NCBI GenBank assembly: GCA_030390025.1
Contig: CM059432.1
Coordinates: forward strand, 143,284,001 to 143,348,000
DNA length: 64,000 nt
Direction: 5' to 3'
Origin: Squalus acanthias
Lineage: Eukaryota
This document shows, in pieces, positions 39,296 to 50,391 of this stretch. The notes under the pieces were generated by a model. That model had not been told where the DNA came from. It saw only the letters and a list, made by a program, of their open reading frames with translations, and did no database searches. A program made the position numbers and the translations under genes. Each line of letters starts with the position of its first letter. Positions within the stretch are counted from its first letter, which is position 1.

Positions 39296-40417
39296 CTAGA
39301 GCCCACGCAGCCTGCCTACCTGTGTCCTTTTAAAAGACACGCACAGGAGGGGGTCTGCGGTGAGGAGGCCAGGTTAAAAGAGCAGGCCTTGCGGGAGGAG
39401 AACGCCCGCTTAGTAGGGAAAATAGATGGGCTGGAAGGGCAGCTTAGAGAGCAGACCCTGCGGGAGGAGAATGCCCGAGAAATGGGAAAGTTAGACGTGC
39501 TCAGGCTAGAAGGGCAGCTTAGAGAGATAAAAACAGCCTACAGGGTAGCCAGGAGCAGGGAGTATGAGGATTTAAAACAGGATAGAAATCTGCAGCCTCC
39601 AGCAGGTGAGATTTCACAGAAACAAGCAGGGGCGGTGGCCTGTCTTAAGGGAGGGGCCAGACCTGCGAGTGGGGAAGCACAGCCCCAGGTAGGACCACAA
39701 GGCACACAGGCAGGCGTAGCAGCTTGCATCAGGGGAAGGGACATCCCGGACGATCATGCAGCGTTTTTCTGGAGTTGGGGGTTAGATGACGAGGACCCCA
39801 GGGTACCCTGGTCAGATGAGGATAGTGCAGATGAGCATAGTGATGATGACGGGTGGTTTCAGAGGAACGGTCTGGAAGGATTGGGGCCGCTAGGTAGAGA
39901 TCCATACGGGGTGGACACACAAGCTGCAGGTCCCGACAGCAGGAGGAAGGAGCTAGAGGAGGCCGGGCCAGCCGCTATGTGGTTCCCAGAGGTGTGGCCG
40001 CCCGCTTTGAACGTCCAGTCCTCAGGGGAGGCAGAGTTCGCGAGTGAAGGGCCGCCTGCTGGGCCGAGCAGGGCGGGGCCCCGAACTGCCAGCCCCGAGG
40101 TTAGGGAGGCGGAGTCAGCGGAGGCGGGGCTGGCGCCTGTGATGGAACCCCAGGTCATCCCGTTGAAGGTCTCGGGACCCGGTCCGTCCGTCACGGAGCC
40201 CCCGCCCATAGCAATTCCCCGTAGGTCAAGCAGAGTACCCCAGCCCAGGAAGACGTGGTCAGGTCCACAGGCTGCCCCAGGGCGTAAGTTTCAGGTTAAG
40301 ATAACCCGGGTAGAGACAGGCCACATCGAGGCAGTAACAGGCTGCGGCAGATCAGAGGGAAGGGTCAGTGCCCTCCCACCGTCGGGAAGAGCTCGCAGCA
40401 GCCTTCTCAGGATTTAA
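39296..40417 (+). CDS. In-frame readthrough extension of Gag (373 codons; coiled-coil, acidic and Pro-rich; function unknown)
   Basis: Same frame as gag; open from the first codon after TGA; TGA-CTAG context; no PR/RT/IN motifs. Confidence 0.7.
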   Translation, partial: LEPTQPAYLCPFKRHAQEGVCGEEARLKEQALREENARLVGKIDGLEGQLREQTLREENAREMGKLDVLRLEGQLREIKTAYRVARSREYEDLKQDRNLQPPAGEISQKQAGAVACLKGGARPASGEAQPQVGPQGTQAGVAACIRGRDIPDDHAAFFWSWGLDDEDPRVPWSDEDSADEHSDDDGWFQRNGLEGLGPLGRDPYGVDTQAAGPDSRRKELEEAGPAAMWFPEVWPPALNVQSSGEAEFASEGPPAGPSRAGPRTASPEVREAESAEAGLAPVMEPQVIPLKVSGPGPSVTEPPPIAIPRRSSRVPQPRKTWSGPQAAPGRKFQVKITRVETGHIEAVTGCGRSEGRVSALPPSGRARSSLLRI

Positions 40418-40701
40418 AGGGGCCGCCCTGAGAACGGGCGGCATTGTAAAGTTATTAGTTTAAGGTTTTAAGTTTTAGTTTAAAGTTTTAAGTAGTTTTA
40501 ATAAGTTTAAGTTTGTAGTGTTTTTTAACAGATAACGACAAATGATGGGAGTTTTAAGGCTAGGTTTAGAGGAAGTCTATTTAGCAAACGTTGAAGTTTA
40601 CGTGAGGCGAGGTCAGGGGACCCGCTCACCCTTCACAAAAGCCAGAGACTTTTTGCGAGGCTGGCTACCTCATTCTATCTGATCACAGGAACCAAGGAAG
40701 G

Positions 40702-43052
40702 ATGGAACGACTTCTAGTTTTGCTCGTGGCAATCGGATGTGGATTGGCCTATCGGGGCCTCACCAAGGATGTCGTGGTGTTTGGATGTTCCGGGGACACG
40801 GCCCCCATCGCGGTGGATGGAACCGGAAGACGGAAGGCAGAAGGGACCAGCACCTATTTCCACAAGGGAAGGTGGCCAGGATGGCTGGGAACGAACTCAA
40901 CGGAGTATTCCAGCACATCGGGGTTCGCCTACAAAGAGACTTCTTTAATGTGCCCCAAAGTACGGATCATCGCACCCAGGATCAGCGTCACCGTCGGCAA
41001 ACGGATTTGTTTGACCTGCAGTGGGAATGTCCCATTGAGCCGATGGTGGTGGCTGCGAAAGCTGAGCAAAACTATGAGGAACTCCTCGGTTGAGTGGGAG
41101 CGACTGGGTAATAATACCCATCGGACAATTACGGGGACAGATGGACAAGTGAAAGTCTGTTGGGACAAATGGTGGGAACCAGATGAGGGGATTTATGTTT
41201 GTATGTGGGGGTCAAAGTACGTTTGCCCCAAAGGCATCTCCATATTCTTTATTAACCAGTGGCAGGATAACGGACAGGGGATGAGGTGGGATGCGAGCAC
41301 CAGGGGGTGCGGAGCCCCATACTCTCCGATCCCAGTAAATGCCACTGAGCTCATTACGCGCCCACGCAAAGCCCCGCCCACGATTCCGGTAGTTCTAACT
41401 GAGGAAGAAGGGTGCCCTAAAACTAGTAAGGGACCCGGGAACGGTTTGGTACTGGTCCCCACAGACCAGATACTATTTCAGGGGGTACATTACGCGGTGG
41501 CCTCGGTGATTTTAAATCTCACTGAGGTACGGTTACCAGAGTGGTGCCCCAAAAAGACGGAACAGTTGTACCAGGTCCTGTTGACCAAGATGTTCAGGCA
41601 ATTTTACGAGTTTGATTTTGCAGAAATCGATAAGACAAGTTTATACACCGCACCGCAGGAAGTTTTGGACCAAGTAGGGAGGCAAAGAAGGGGTTTGGTG
41701 AACGATGCGTTCACTGCTTTTAACACAGGGACATCTGTGGTCAACGCTCTAGACAGTGTGGAGCTGCAGACCCAGATTAATGGTTTAAAAACACAGTTAA
41801 AGGATATTCTTACAGATGAGAATAAAGTGGTAGGGTCGGGTCTGCACGAGGACCAAGCCATGACACTACACTTAAAAGAGATTATAGCAGAGCTGGAGAA
41901 ACATGCGCGTACGGTAAATGCCCTGATTAGGGAAGATCGGAATGCATCCGATCAAGCTGCGCAGAACGAGGTGTGCGTGCTTTACGGGGCGTGGTTACTG
42001 GGCGAGGGCCGCAGTAATTTGGAGGATTTAAAACAAGGTTTGGTCCCGTCCTGGATAAGTAACAAACACCTGCGGGCGCTCCACCCTTTTCAGAATGCAT
42101 TAAGTCCGTGCCAGCTCAGGCTAGCTTCAGAAGCTTACCCAGTCCCCGTGGACTGCGGACGTTCAAACCATACTATTATGGGAATAGTATTACGCATGCC
42201 GGTTTTGGGCAACACAGCAAAGCCCGCCCCGGTGTATCGGGTAGAGAACATTGGTGTCATTCAGGGGGGAGCCCACATTCGTTATGCAGCGGTTCCACCT
42301 TACGTCATCCGCTGGGAGCAAACGATGACAGGTACAGATCTCTCTGGTTGTCGTGGCAGGGGAGCACACATAATACTGTGCCCCCAGCACTTGAATGCCT
42401 TTTAACACCACAGTGCGGGTTCAGAACGGCTGGCGCCAAGTCCATGAATTGCACCATGGAGGCAATGGCCCAAGATCATGTGCCTCCGCAGGTAGCATAC
42501 ATCGGGGGTGGAACATATTGTGTTACCACTGCAGCGCAACACTACCAGCATGGAAACCGTAGCCGGTGTCCGGTGAGTGACAGCAGTTTCTGTTTTAAAC
42601 CCAGGGCTGAAGTTCAAGTAGCACAACAGCGAATTATCCCAATCCCTGAACCATCCACTGTTCATCTCACAGTAAAAGAGAATTTTACCGACTTGCAGCG
42701 ATTTGTCGCACATTTTGGGTACCTCATTCCCCCTCTCCCCGAGCATTTAACCAAACTTCTGAAAGCCGTCGCGGTGTCACAAAAGCATTTTTATACCTTA
42801 GAGCAGAAAACTGTCGAGATAGGTACAGACATTTTGGACATAGTGGTTCCACCGTGGTGGAATCTGTTCACGAATATTGAAGTGCCCTCATGGGTCAGAA
42901 TAGCCTCCCACATTTTAGTCGTCTGTCAAGTGTTTATTGTAGTATACCTATTGTTCATACATTGTAAAAGAGACAAGCGCCTCACCAAGCATGAGAACAC
43001 GGGAGAGTGGCGAGAGCGTTACGTGCGCGTGCACGATGAGAGCGCAGTGTAA
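40702..43052 (+). CDS. env: Envelope glycoprotein (signal peptide, Ig-like domain, furin site, F-like ectodomain, TM) with one -1 frame change near 42400
   Basis: Signal MERLLVLLVAIGCGLA; RQRR|GLV at 41680-41691; heptads; Cys-rich region; TM ILVVCQVFIVVYLLFI. Confidence 0.85.
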
Positions 43053-43464
43053 TAGGAAAATGGCGTCACTCCCGCTCGCCACGTGCGCCGCGGAAGTTGT
43101 ACTCATTGTCAATACGTTGGAAACTCGACATGTTTAAGAGTTGGGATTTGTTTATTTTGGTGATGGTGTTGATTGTTTGGTTTTTGGGTTTTGTTTTTTC
43201 CTTTCCCTGAATAAAAGATAAATATACAGGTGATGCGTGAGGTATCGGCCTGGTTACGCCGGGAAGGAAAACAAGTGGTGTAAGTTTAAGGGCAAATGAT
43301 GCCTATGGTGATATAAAGTGTGATTTTCTTGGGAAATAAGGACGACACAGAGACCCTAGTGAAGTTAAAATTTTATGGGATTAATTTACTGGATTCGGAG
43401 TGAAATCGAGATAAGATTGCTCACCACTGAGTTTTTGATACGATAAGCGGAGTTATTCGCATCA

Positions 43465-43475
43465 ACAGGAGGGAC
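43465..43475 (+). promoter_or_regulatory. Putative short polypurine tract
   Basis: acaggagggac directly before the 3' LTR. Confidence 0.6.
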
Positions 43476-44937
43476 TGTAGAATTCGCAATTATCGCGATT
43501 TCATTTTAATAAGGAGAAAACACAAGTTTCGTTCAAAACAGCTTTTATTTCAACGGAATGCTGTCAGGTTTAAATTGGACACAAGCAGCCTGTAAAATGG
43601 CCGCCGCACCGCGTGACAGAACATTCGAGACTTTTCGGCAGGCAGACAAGATGGCGTTCCAATAAACATTTTTTTGCAGGATCGATAACGATTCAGCACA
43701 GTGAAGACAATACACAGGACATTATGGGTTTACAGTATAAACATCGATACTGGAATCGGTCTCCCAGGTACAAAGGAAAGCCATCAAGGGCCCATCCAAA
43801 GGACATTAATATGTAAACTCCCAACGGCTCTACGATGAGAGAGCCGTTAGCAGGTAGTTATACAGGACACTTGGAAGCCCCAAACCCCTCCAGGGGGAAC
43901 ACCGACCGATTTGACAATAGGAGAAATATTAACAGGTACTCAAACATTCAGGAGTAGCCCCGAAACCCATTAAGGACAGAGATCACCCATACAGGACATT
44001 TTTGGGCGCCAAACCTTAAACAAAAGAATGGACATTGTAGTTGGGCGGGAAACGGAAGAACTGTGCACTATAATTGCAGGCCCAAACCGTCCATTCGCTC
44101 TCTTGCCTCGTGTTCGTGACTCTTGCCGCTTGCTGCTGTTATCATCGTGGCTGCTCCTGTGTTTTATCCGGTCGATTCGTAACCTCGTGGCTGCTCCTGG
44201 GTAAAAGACTGTTGCAAAGACCTATGTTGGTAGCTGGCAGCGGAACCAAAGGCCCGAGATGAGATGAGATGAGATGAGATGAGAGGAGATGAGAGGAGAA
44301 GAGAAGAAGACCTTATCCATCGCCACGAGGTCTTCACTACAGCGGGCGGTCCAGCCGACTGACCGAGCAGCAGAAGCAGTAAACAAGTGGGACCAGGAGA
44401 TCTCCTGACCAACACGTGGGTGCTGCGGTGAAAAACATCCGATCAGCTATTCGGGTTTTCTCCGAGTTATTACGAGTGGTGAGCATGAGTCTCGGGATCC
44501 TACGAAGCTAGTTTTAGGATAGTTATTGATAGGGGAGGGTTTAAAGTTTAAGGATATTTGTAATGTGTGCCCTATTTACGTTGTGCTGGTCGTTCCTCGT
44601 TTCCCTAAGAGTGATTATAACTGTTTGTAAGATTGTACTGTCATTAATCTGTGCATATGACATGTATTTCATAATTTTAAGTATCATGCAATAAAGATTT
44701 TCCATTTCGTACCGTTCAAACCAAGTCTACATGAGTTTTATCTCCATTACTGCTCTCGCATCTAAGTCCAGTGTCTAGAACCGTAAGGGAGAGTGATTCG
44801 AACCACTCACAGGGGTGTCTAGTGTTCCCAGACTGGCTGGAGACCAGGCCTAGACCCGCACTGACATACAGGCTGCACAGAGCCGCGTGAACCTCACAGG
44901 CCACGAGACACGCAGGGTCAGGAGAGTATCCCTTACA
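43476..44937 (+). repeat. 3' LTR
   Basis: Same length as the 5' LTR, identical small ORFs, identical microsatellite. Confidence 0.97.
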
Positions 44938-45123
44938 CGCGTCATCAAATGACGTCATCAGACCCGCTTCCTTTTAATTGGCCGGGAACCTCGCAGGGCG
45001 GGCTCAACAAGCCCAATCAACGGAAAATCACTTGAAGAGTGCGGGCTGGAGCAGACAGCGGGCTGGGACCACGACACCGACCCCGGCCACCCTGGACCCG
45101 CCTCGGTCGGCGAAATCGCGGCC

Positions 45124-47650
45124 ATGAACCCTTGTCTTGCATAACAACCTTTTATGTGGCACCTTATCGAACGCCTTTTGGAAATCCAAATATATTATAT
45201 CCACTGGTTTCCCTTTATCTACCCTGCTAGTTACATCCTCAAAAAACTCTAATAAATTTGTTAAACATTATTTCCCTTTCATGTTGACTCTTATAATCAT
45301 ATGATTTTCTAAGTGCCCTGTTATGATGTCCTTAATAATAGATTCTAGCATTTTCCCTAGTACTGATGTCAGGTTAACTGGTCTATAGTTCCCTGTTTTC
45401 TCTCTCCCTCCTTTCTTGAATAGCGGGGTTACATTTGCTACCTTCCAATCCGCTGGGACTGTTCTAGAATCTAGGGAAATTTGGAAGATCACAACCAATG
45501 CATCCACTATCTCTGCAGCCATCTCTTTTAGAACCCGAGGATGTAGGCCGTCAGGTCCAGGGGATTTGTTAGCTTTTAGTCCCATTAGTTTCTCAAGTAC
45601 TTTTTCTCTACTGATATTAATTACTTTAAGTTCCTCACTCTCATTAGCCCCTTGGTTCCCCACTATTTTTGGAATGTTTTTTGAGTCTTCTACTGTGAAG
45701 ACAGGTACAAAATATTTGTTTAAAGTCTCTCCCATTTCCTTATTCCCCATTATAATTTCTCCTGTCTCAACCTCTAAGGGACCAATGTTTACTCTTGCTG
45801 CTCTCTTCCTTTTTACATTCTTGTTGAAGCTCTTACAAACTCTTTTTATATTTCTTGCTAGTTTACTTTCATTTTATTTTCCCTCTTTTCATCATTTTTT
45901 TGGGTCATCCTATGCTGTTCTTCACAACATTATAAGCCTCTTCTTTTAATCTAATGCTATCCTTAACTTCTTTAGTTAGCCACGGATAGGTCACGTTTCC
46001 CGTGGAGTTTTTATTTCTCAATGGAATGTATATTCGTTGAGCATTATGGAATATTTCTTTAAATGTTTGCCACTGCTTATCTACCGTCATACCTTTTAAT
46101 CTAATTTCCCAATCTACCTTAGCCAACTCGCCCCTCATACCTATGCAATTGGCTTTATTTAAGTTTAAGACGCCCAGTCTATATGTCAATTAAAGACCCC
46201 CACATTTATTGCATTACCTTTGTTATAAGCTCCTATTATTTGTTGATTAATACTCTGTCCAACGGTATAGCTACTGTTAGGGGGCCTATAAACTACTCCC
46301 ACCAGTGTTCTCTGCCCCTTGTTATTTCTTATCTCCACCCATACTGATTCTATTTCCTGATTTTCTGAGCCAAAATCCTTTCTCATTACTGTCCTTATGT
46401 CATCCTTTATTATCAGGGCTACTCCCCCTCCTTTTCTATTCTGCCTGTCTTTTCGAAACGTTAAGTACCTTGGAATATTTAGTTCCCAACCTTGGTCACC
46501 TTGCGACCATGTCTCTGTAATGGCTATTAGATCAACCCCATGTATCTCTGTTTGCGCCACTAATTCATCTATCTTGTTACAAATGATTCATGCACTCAGA
46601 TATAGAATCTTTAATTTTAACTTTTTACCATTATTCCCTGCTTTCACCTTATTCGCTGATGAACTATTACCGTTAAACTCGCTGGGCTAAAAATTCAGGA
46701 TCTTTATGCCACGTTACCATCAAAAAATAGCGAAAAGAGCTCTTTCGCCAGCTGGTCACGATGTCCTACATTTCCCAGGCCTGGCAGTGTTGCCGATAAG
46801 ATGTATCGCCCTGCAAAGTCAAATGAGGGAGTGGTGCCCAGCGACTTAAAGTCACCATGGTAAACTTGGACCTTTGTGCTGAGTTCAGCGCTGGGTCCGA
46901 AGCTTGTCAGGTAAACCCAGCGTGCAAGCAGACTCACAGAGGGGCTGTCAGCACCTCTTAAAGGGACACACACATCTTTCAGGTAAGTTTGCATTTAAGC
47001 TTCTGGACTTTTTAAAAATTTTTACTGAAGGAGTGACTTCCTGCAATAGAGGTTAAAGGTTTTTTAAGTGTGTAGCGAGTGCTGCTGAACGCTATGGTAA
47101 AGGAAGGTCTCTGAGAAGACAACTGGATTCTCCCCCTCCCACTCCAAATTCTTCTCCAGCCACGAGGAGATATCTTTAACCCTGGCACCGGGCAGGCAAA
47201 GCAGCTTTCGGAACTCCCGGTCGCGGCTGCAGGAAACAGTATCTATCCCCCTGATTATACTGTCCCCTACCACATTCCTTTTCTCTCCCCCCACTTGAAT
47301 GGCCTCCTGCACCATGGTGCCGTGGTCAGTTTGCTTATAAACCCTGCAGATTCTGCTCTTACCCAAACAGGCAGCAAGAACCTCATACCTGTTGGATAGG
47401 GGAAAGGATGAGGCTCCTCCAGCACTGCACCTGGGGTCCCCTTACCTGCATGAGTTGCAGTCACACCCTCCTGTCCCTGACCACTAACCAGACCTGTACC
47501 ACTACCTAACCTAACGGGTATGACTGCCTCCTGGATCAAAGTGTCCAGGTAACTCTCCCCCTCCCTGATGCCCCACAATGTCTGCACCTCAGACTCCAGC
47601 TCAAAAACTCTAAGCTGAAGTTCCTCGAGAGGCAGATACTTACTGCAGAA
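45124..47650 (-). mobile_element. CR1 LINE fragments (RT, endonuclease, ORF1), decayed
   Basis: IAITETW, GVVYRPP, KSPGPDG motifs; ORF1 VVGDSIIRG and CLPGARVKDI. Confidence 0.88.
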
Positions 47651-48133
47651 TCTACAACCTTTCTGATACATTTAATTGTAAGACTATAGGCCGCATTTTG
47701 CTGGACAAATAATGGAATGTTATTGACACGAATTATTATTACTGCGCAAATCAGCCAGCAAGCTCAGGGGATCAAGGGGTAGAAATTAGGTCGCGCCCCA
47801 TTTGGGGCGCAAATATCGTCCGCGCGCAAATATTAGCGCCTGGCGCTAATTATCGGCACTGACAGGAAACTTCACTTTTACCGCCCCGGGAGGTGAGTGG
47901 AGCGCTAAATTAGGCGCTGCACACCTCTCTTAAGGCGCAAAGGCCTAGGAGTGAGGCGCTAACTCAGCGCACGAGCGCAGCGCAGCTGCTGCCAGTTAGC
48001 GATGGAACACAGACACACTGGCGCCGGACACTTCTTAAAGCGGGGGGGGGCCACTTGCTCCCCAGCCACACCCTGCTCATTGCAGCCTTGAATCTCAGCC
48101 TGGAGAGACCTGTAATCCATTTTGCTGCCAAGA

Positions 48134-50097
48134 ATGGAGAGGGTGAGAGAACGCGCTCATCGCTTCACCGAGCGGGCCTTGGATGCTCTGGTTGACGCAG
48201 TGGAGCGCAGACGATGCATGCTGTTCCCAGAGAGTGGCAGGAGGCCTTTGCCACACGAGTTCAGAAGAGTGTGGAGGGAGGTGGCTCAGAGCGTCTCCTC
48301 CAGGAGCATGGTGCCCAGGACCCATGTCCAGTGCCGCAAAAAGTTCAACGACCTCACTCGGGTCGTCAGGGTGAGTGGCTTTTTCTCAATACCTCTCCAT
48401 CCCTCCATCTCAACCTCACTCTATGGCCAGAGGGTCTTAAAACCCCAATGCACAACACTCATCCAACACCTATGGCCCTTTCATCAAACACACACACACA
48501 TTCCACACTTTGCATACAGTAAGGGCTATTCACCTATGGGAGGCACATCAGGCAAGACCATGGCTGCATATTGTAAGGGCTATTCACCTATGGGAGGCAC
48601 ATCAGGCAAGACCATGGCTGCATATTGTAAGGGCTATTCACCTATGGGAGGCACATCAGGCAAGACCATGGCTGTATATTGACTCAGATGCTGTCCTTTT
48701 TCTTGCAGGCTAAGCTGGCTCATAATCGGAGACAGCAGCAACGGACGGGTGGAGGGCGGCTTCAGCTGCAACCCCTCAGCGATCTGGAGGAGCGCGTCCA
48801 CAGGATTGTGGCAAGCCGGGTGATCGGTCCCGTCGCCACTGGAGACGCCGACCCCGTTGTGGACAGCAATGGTAAGGTCATCACCTTTTTGTCCTCTGTC
48901 CTTCCACTTGTCCCTCACAATACCAGCCTTTGACACTTTCAATCCAACTTGCTAACTCGCTGCACTTATTCCTCCCTTACTGCCACCCTGTCCTCACGCT
49001 AAAGCCACTCTTGTACCTCCCTGCTTTCAGATGGTGATTCACCAGCTGAGGAGATGGTCCCTGAAGCTGCCACTGGGAGTGATGCTGCAGCTGAGGAGGA
49101 AGAGGAAGCCGGAGCATCAGTGCCACCCTCTCCCGAGGAAGCCCATGGCCACACTGGGAACACGCCTTCCCCGGAGGGGAGCAGGGGGGAAGGGGCTGAT
49201 GATGGTGAAGTTCCAGGACCCAGCGGGCTGCAGCAACGCCATGGGGGGGGGAGGGAAGAACGGGGGAGCAGGGGGGAAGGGGCTGATGATGGTGAAGTTC
49301 CAGGACCCAGCGGGCTGCAGCAACGCCATGGGGGGGGGAGGGAAGAACGGGAGCCTTCTCCCCAGAGGGAGAGTATGCCAGACACTCCTAATGCAATGGA
49401 CGCAGAGGAGGAGCGGATGATTGCAGAAATGAACAGCCAGGCGGTGGTCATGCACACTGAGCTCATGGGTGCAGTGGGAAGGGTGCCCGAATGCATTGAG
49501 GCACTGGCAAGGAGTGTGGAGCACTTCGCTGTAGCACAGGCGGATGCCACACTAAAGCTTACTGCTGCAATTCAGTCACTGGCTGCCAGGAACCCATCTG
49601 AGCCTGCTCTCATGCAGACTCAGATTGAGGCCACGCGAGCACTGACTGCTGCCATCCTCGATGGTTCGTGCACATGTCCCCGGGGCTGTCACCGCGCCGC
49701 AGCAGGCCAGCAATCTGTTCTCAGGCAAATTGCTCCGGATGCTGAAGTGCTGCCCCGTGGGAGTGCCAGTGTGTCGGGCGAGCAGGGAGTTGCTGTCCTC
49801 TCTCACGATGACAGCATTCCTGCTGCCAACACTGTCACTTCTCCACTGCACTTGCCACCGCCTGTAGGACAGACTGCTGCCGCCCATGCAGAGTTGGTGC
49901 AGTCTGCAGCCGGGCCCTCCAGGCCCAGAAGTGGTCGAGGCCGGCCTTCAGGGGCATCTGCAGTGTCAGGGTCTGACAAGCAGCAGCCTTCCACCAGCCT
50001 TGCTGCAGCCACTGAGGTCCCATTACGGAGGAGCAGTAGGGTTAGAAGGGGGGAAGTGCGCAAGGGAAGGAGATCACCCTCGAAGGGCAAAAAGTAG
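48134..50097 (+). CDS. Harbinger Myb/SANT protein, 488 aa (exons 48134-48370, 48709-48871, 49031-50097)
   Basis: GT-AG introns with compatible phases (0, 1); no stops; QCRKKFNDL motif; basic C-terminus. Confidence 0.87.
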
Positions 50098-50391
50098 GAG
50101 GTGTGCCAAAATGCTGGTCATTTTTTTATTAAAGGCCGAGGTTCATGGCCCAACTTTTGTTTAGTGTTTTGGACATTATCTCCAGGTTGTGAGAACCAGT
50201 TATGTTATTGACTGTTTTTTTGTGTTTATTTCTATGAGTTTGTCATGAGGAATTGACACACACAGAGTTTGTACAATAAATAAGTTTCTGTATTCAAAAT
50301 ATACATGGCTGGTGGTTGGAATTATTGGTGCCTTGGCCGGCTTAGGGGTTGCGTGCTGGGTTGATTCGTGTTTGTAGCACTGGCAGGGGCC

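Larger units (their letters stand above)
36018..44937 (+). mobile_element. Endogenous retrovirus-like LTR element: gag / readthrough ORF / env, lacking pol
   Basis: 1462-bp TG..CA LTRs, TSD cgcg (36014-36017, 44938-44941), PBS and short purine tract. Confidence 0.95.
34413..45123 (+). mobile_element. Internally deleted Harbinger copy D (A-like), host of the provirus
   Basis: Imperfect TIRs; cat/atg TSD inside CR1; transposase core missing; Myb exon 1 at 35682-35903 (-). Confidence 0.75.

Noticed and set aside
36018..44937. DIRS element or assembly duplication
   Set aside because: TG..CA ends, TSD, PBS and purine tract indicate integrase-type LTRs; no tyrosine recombinase
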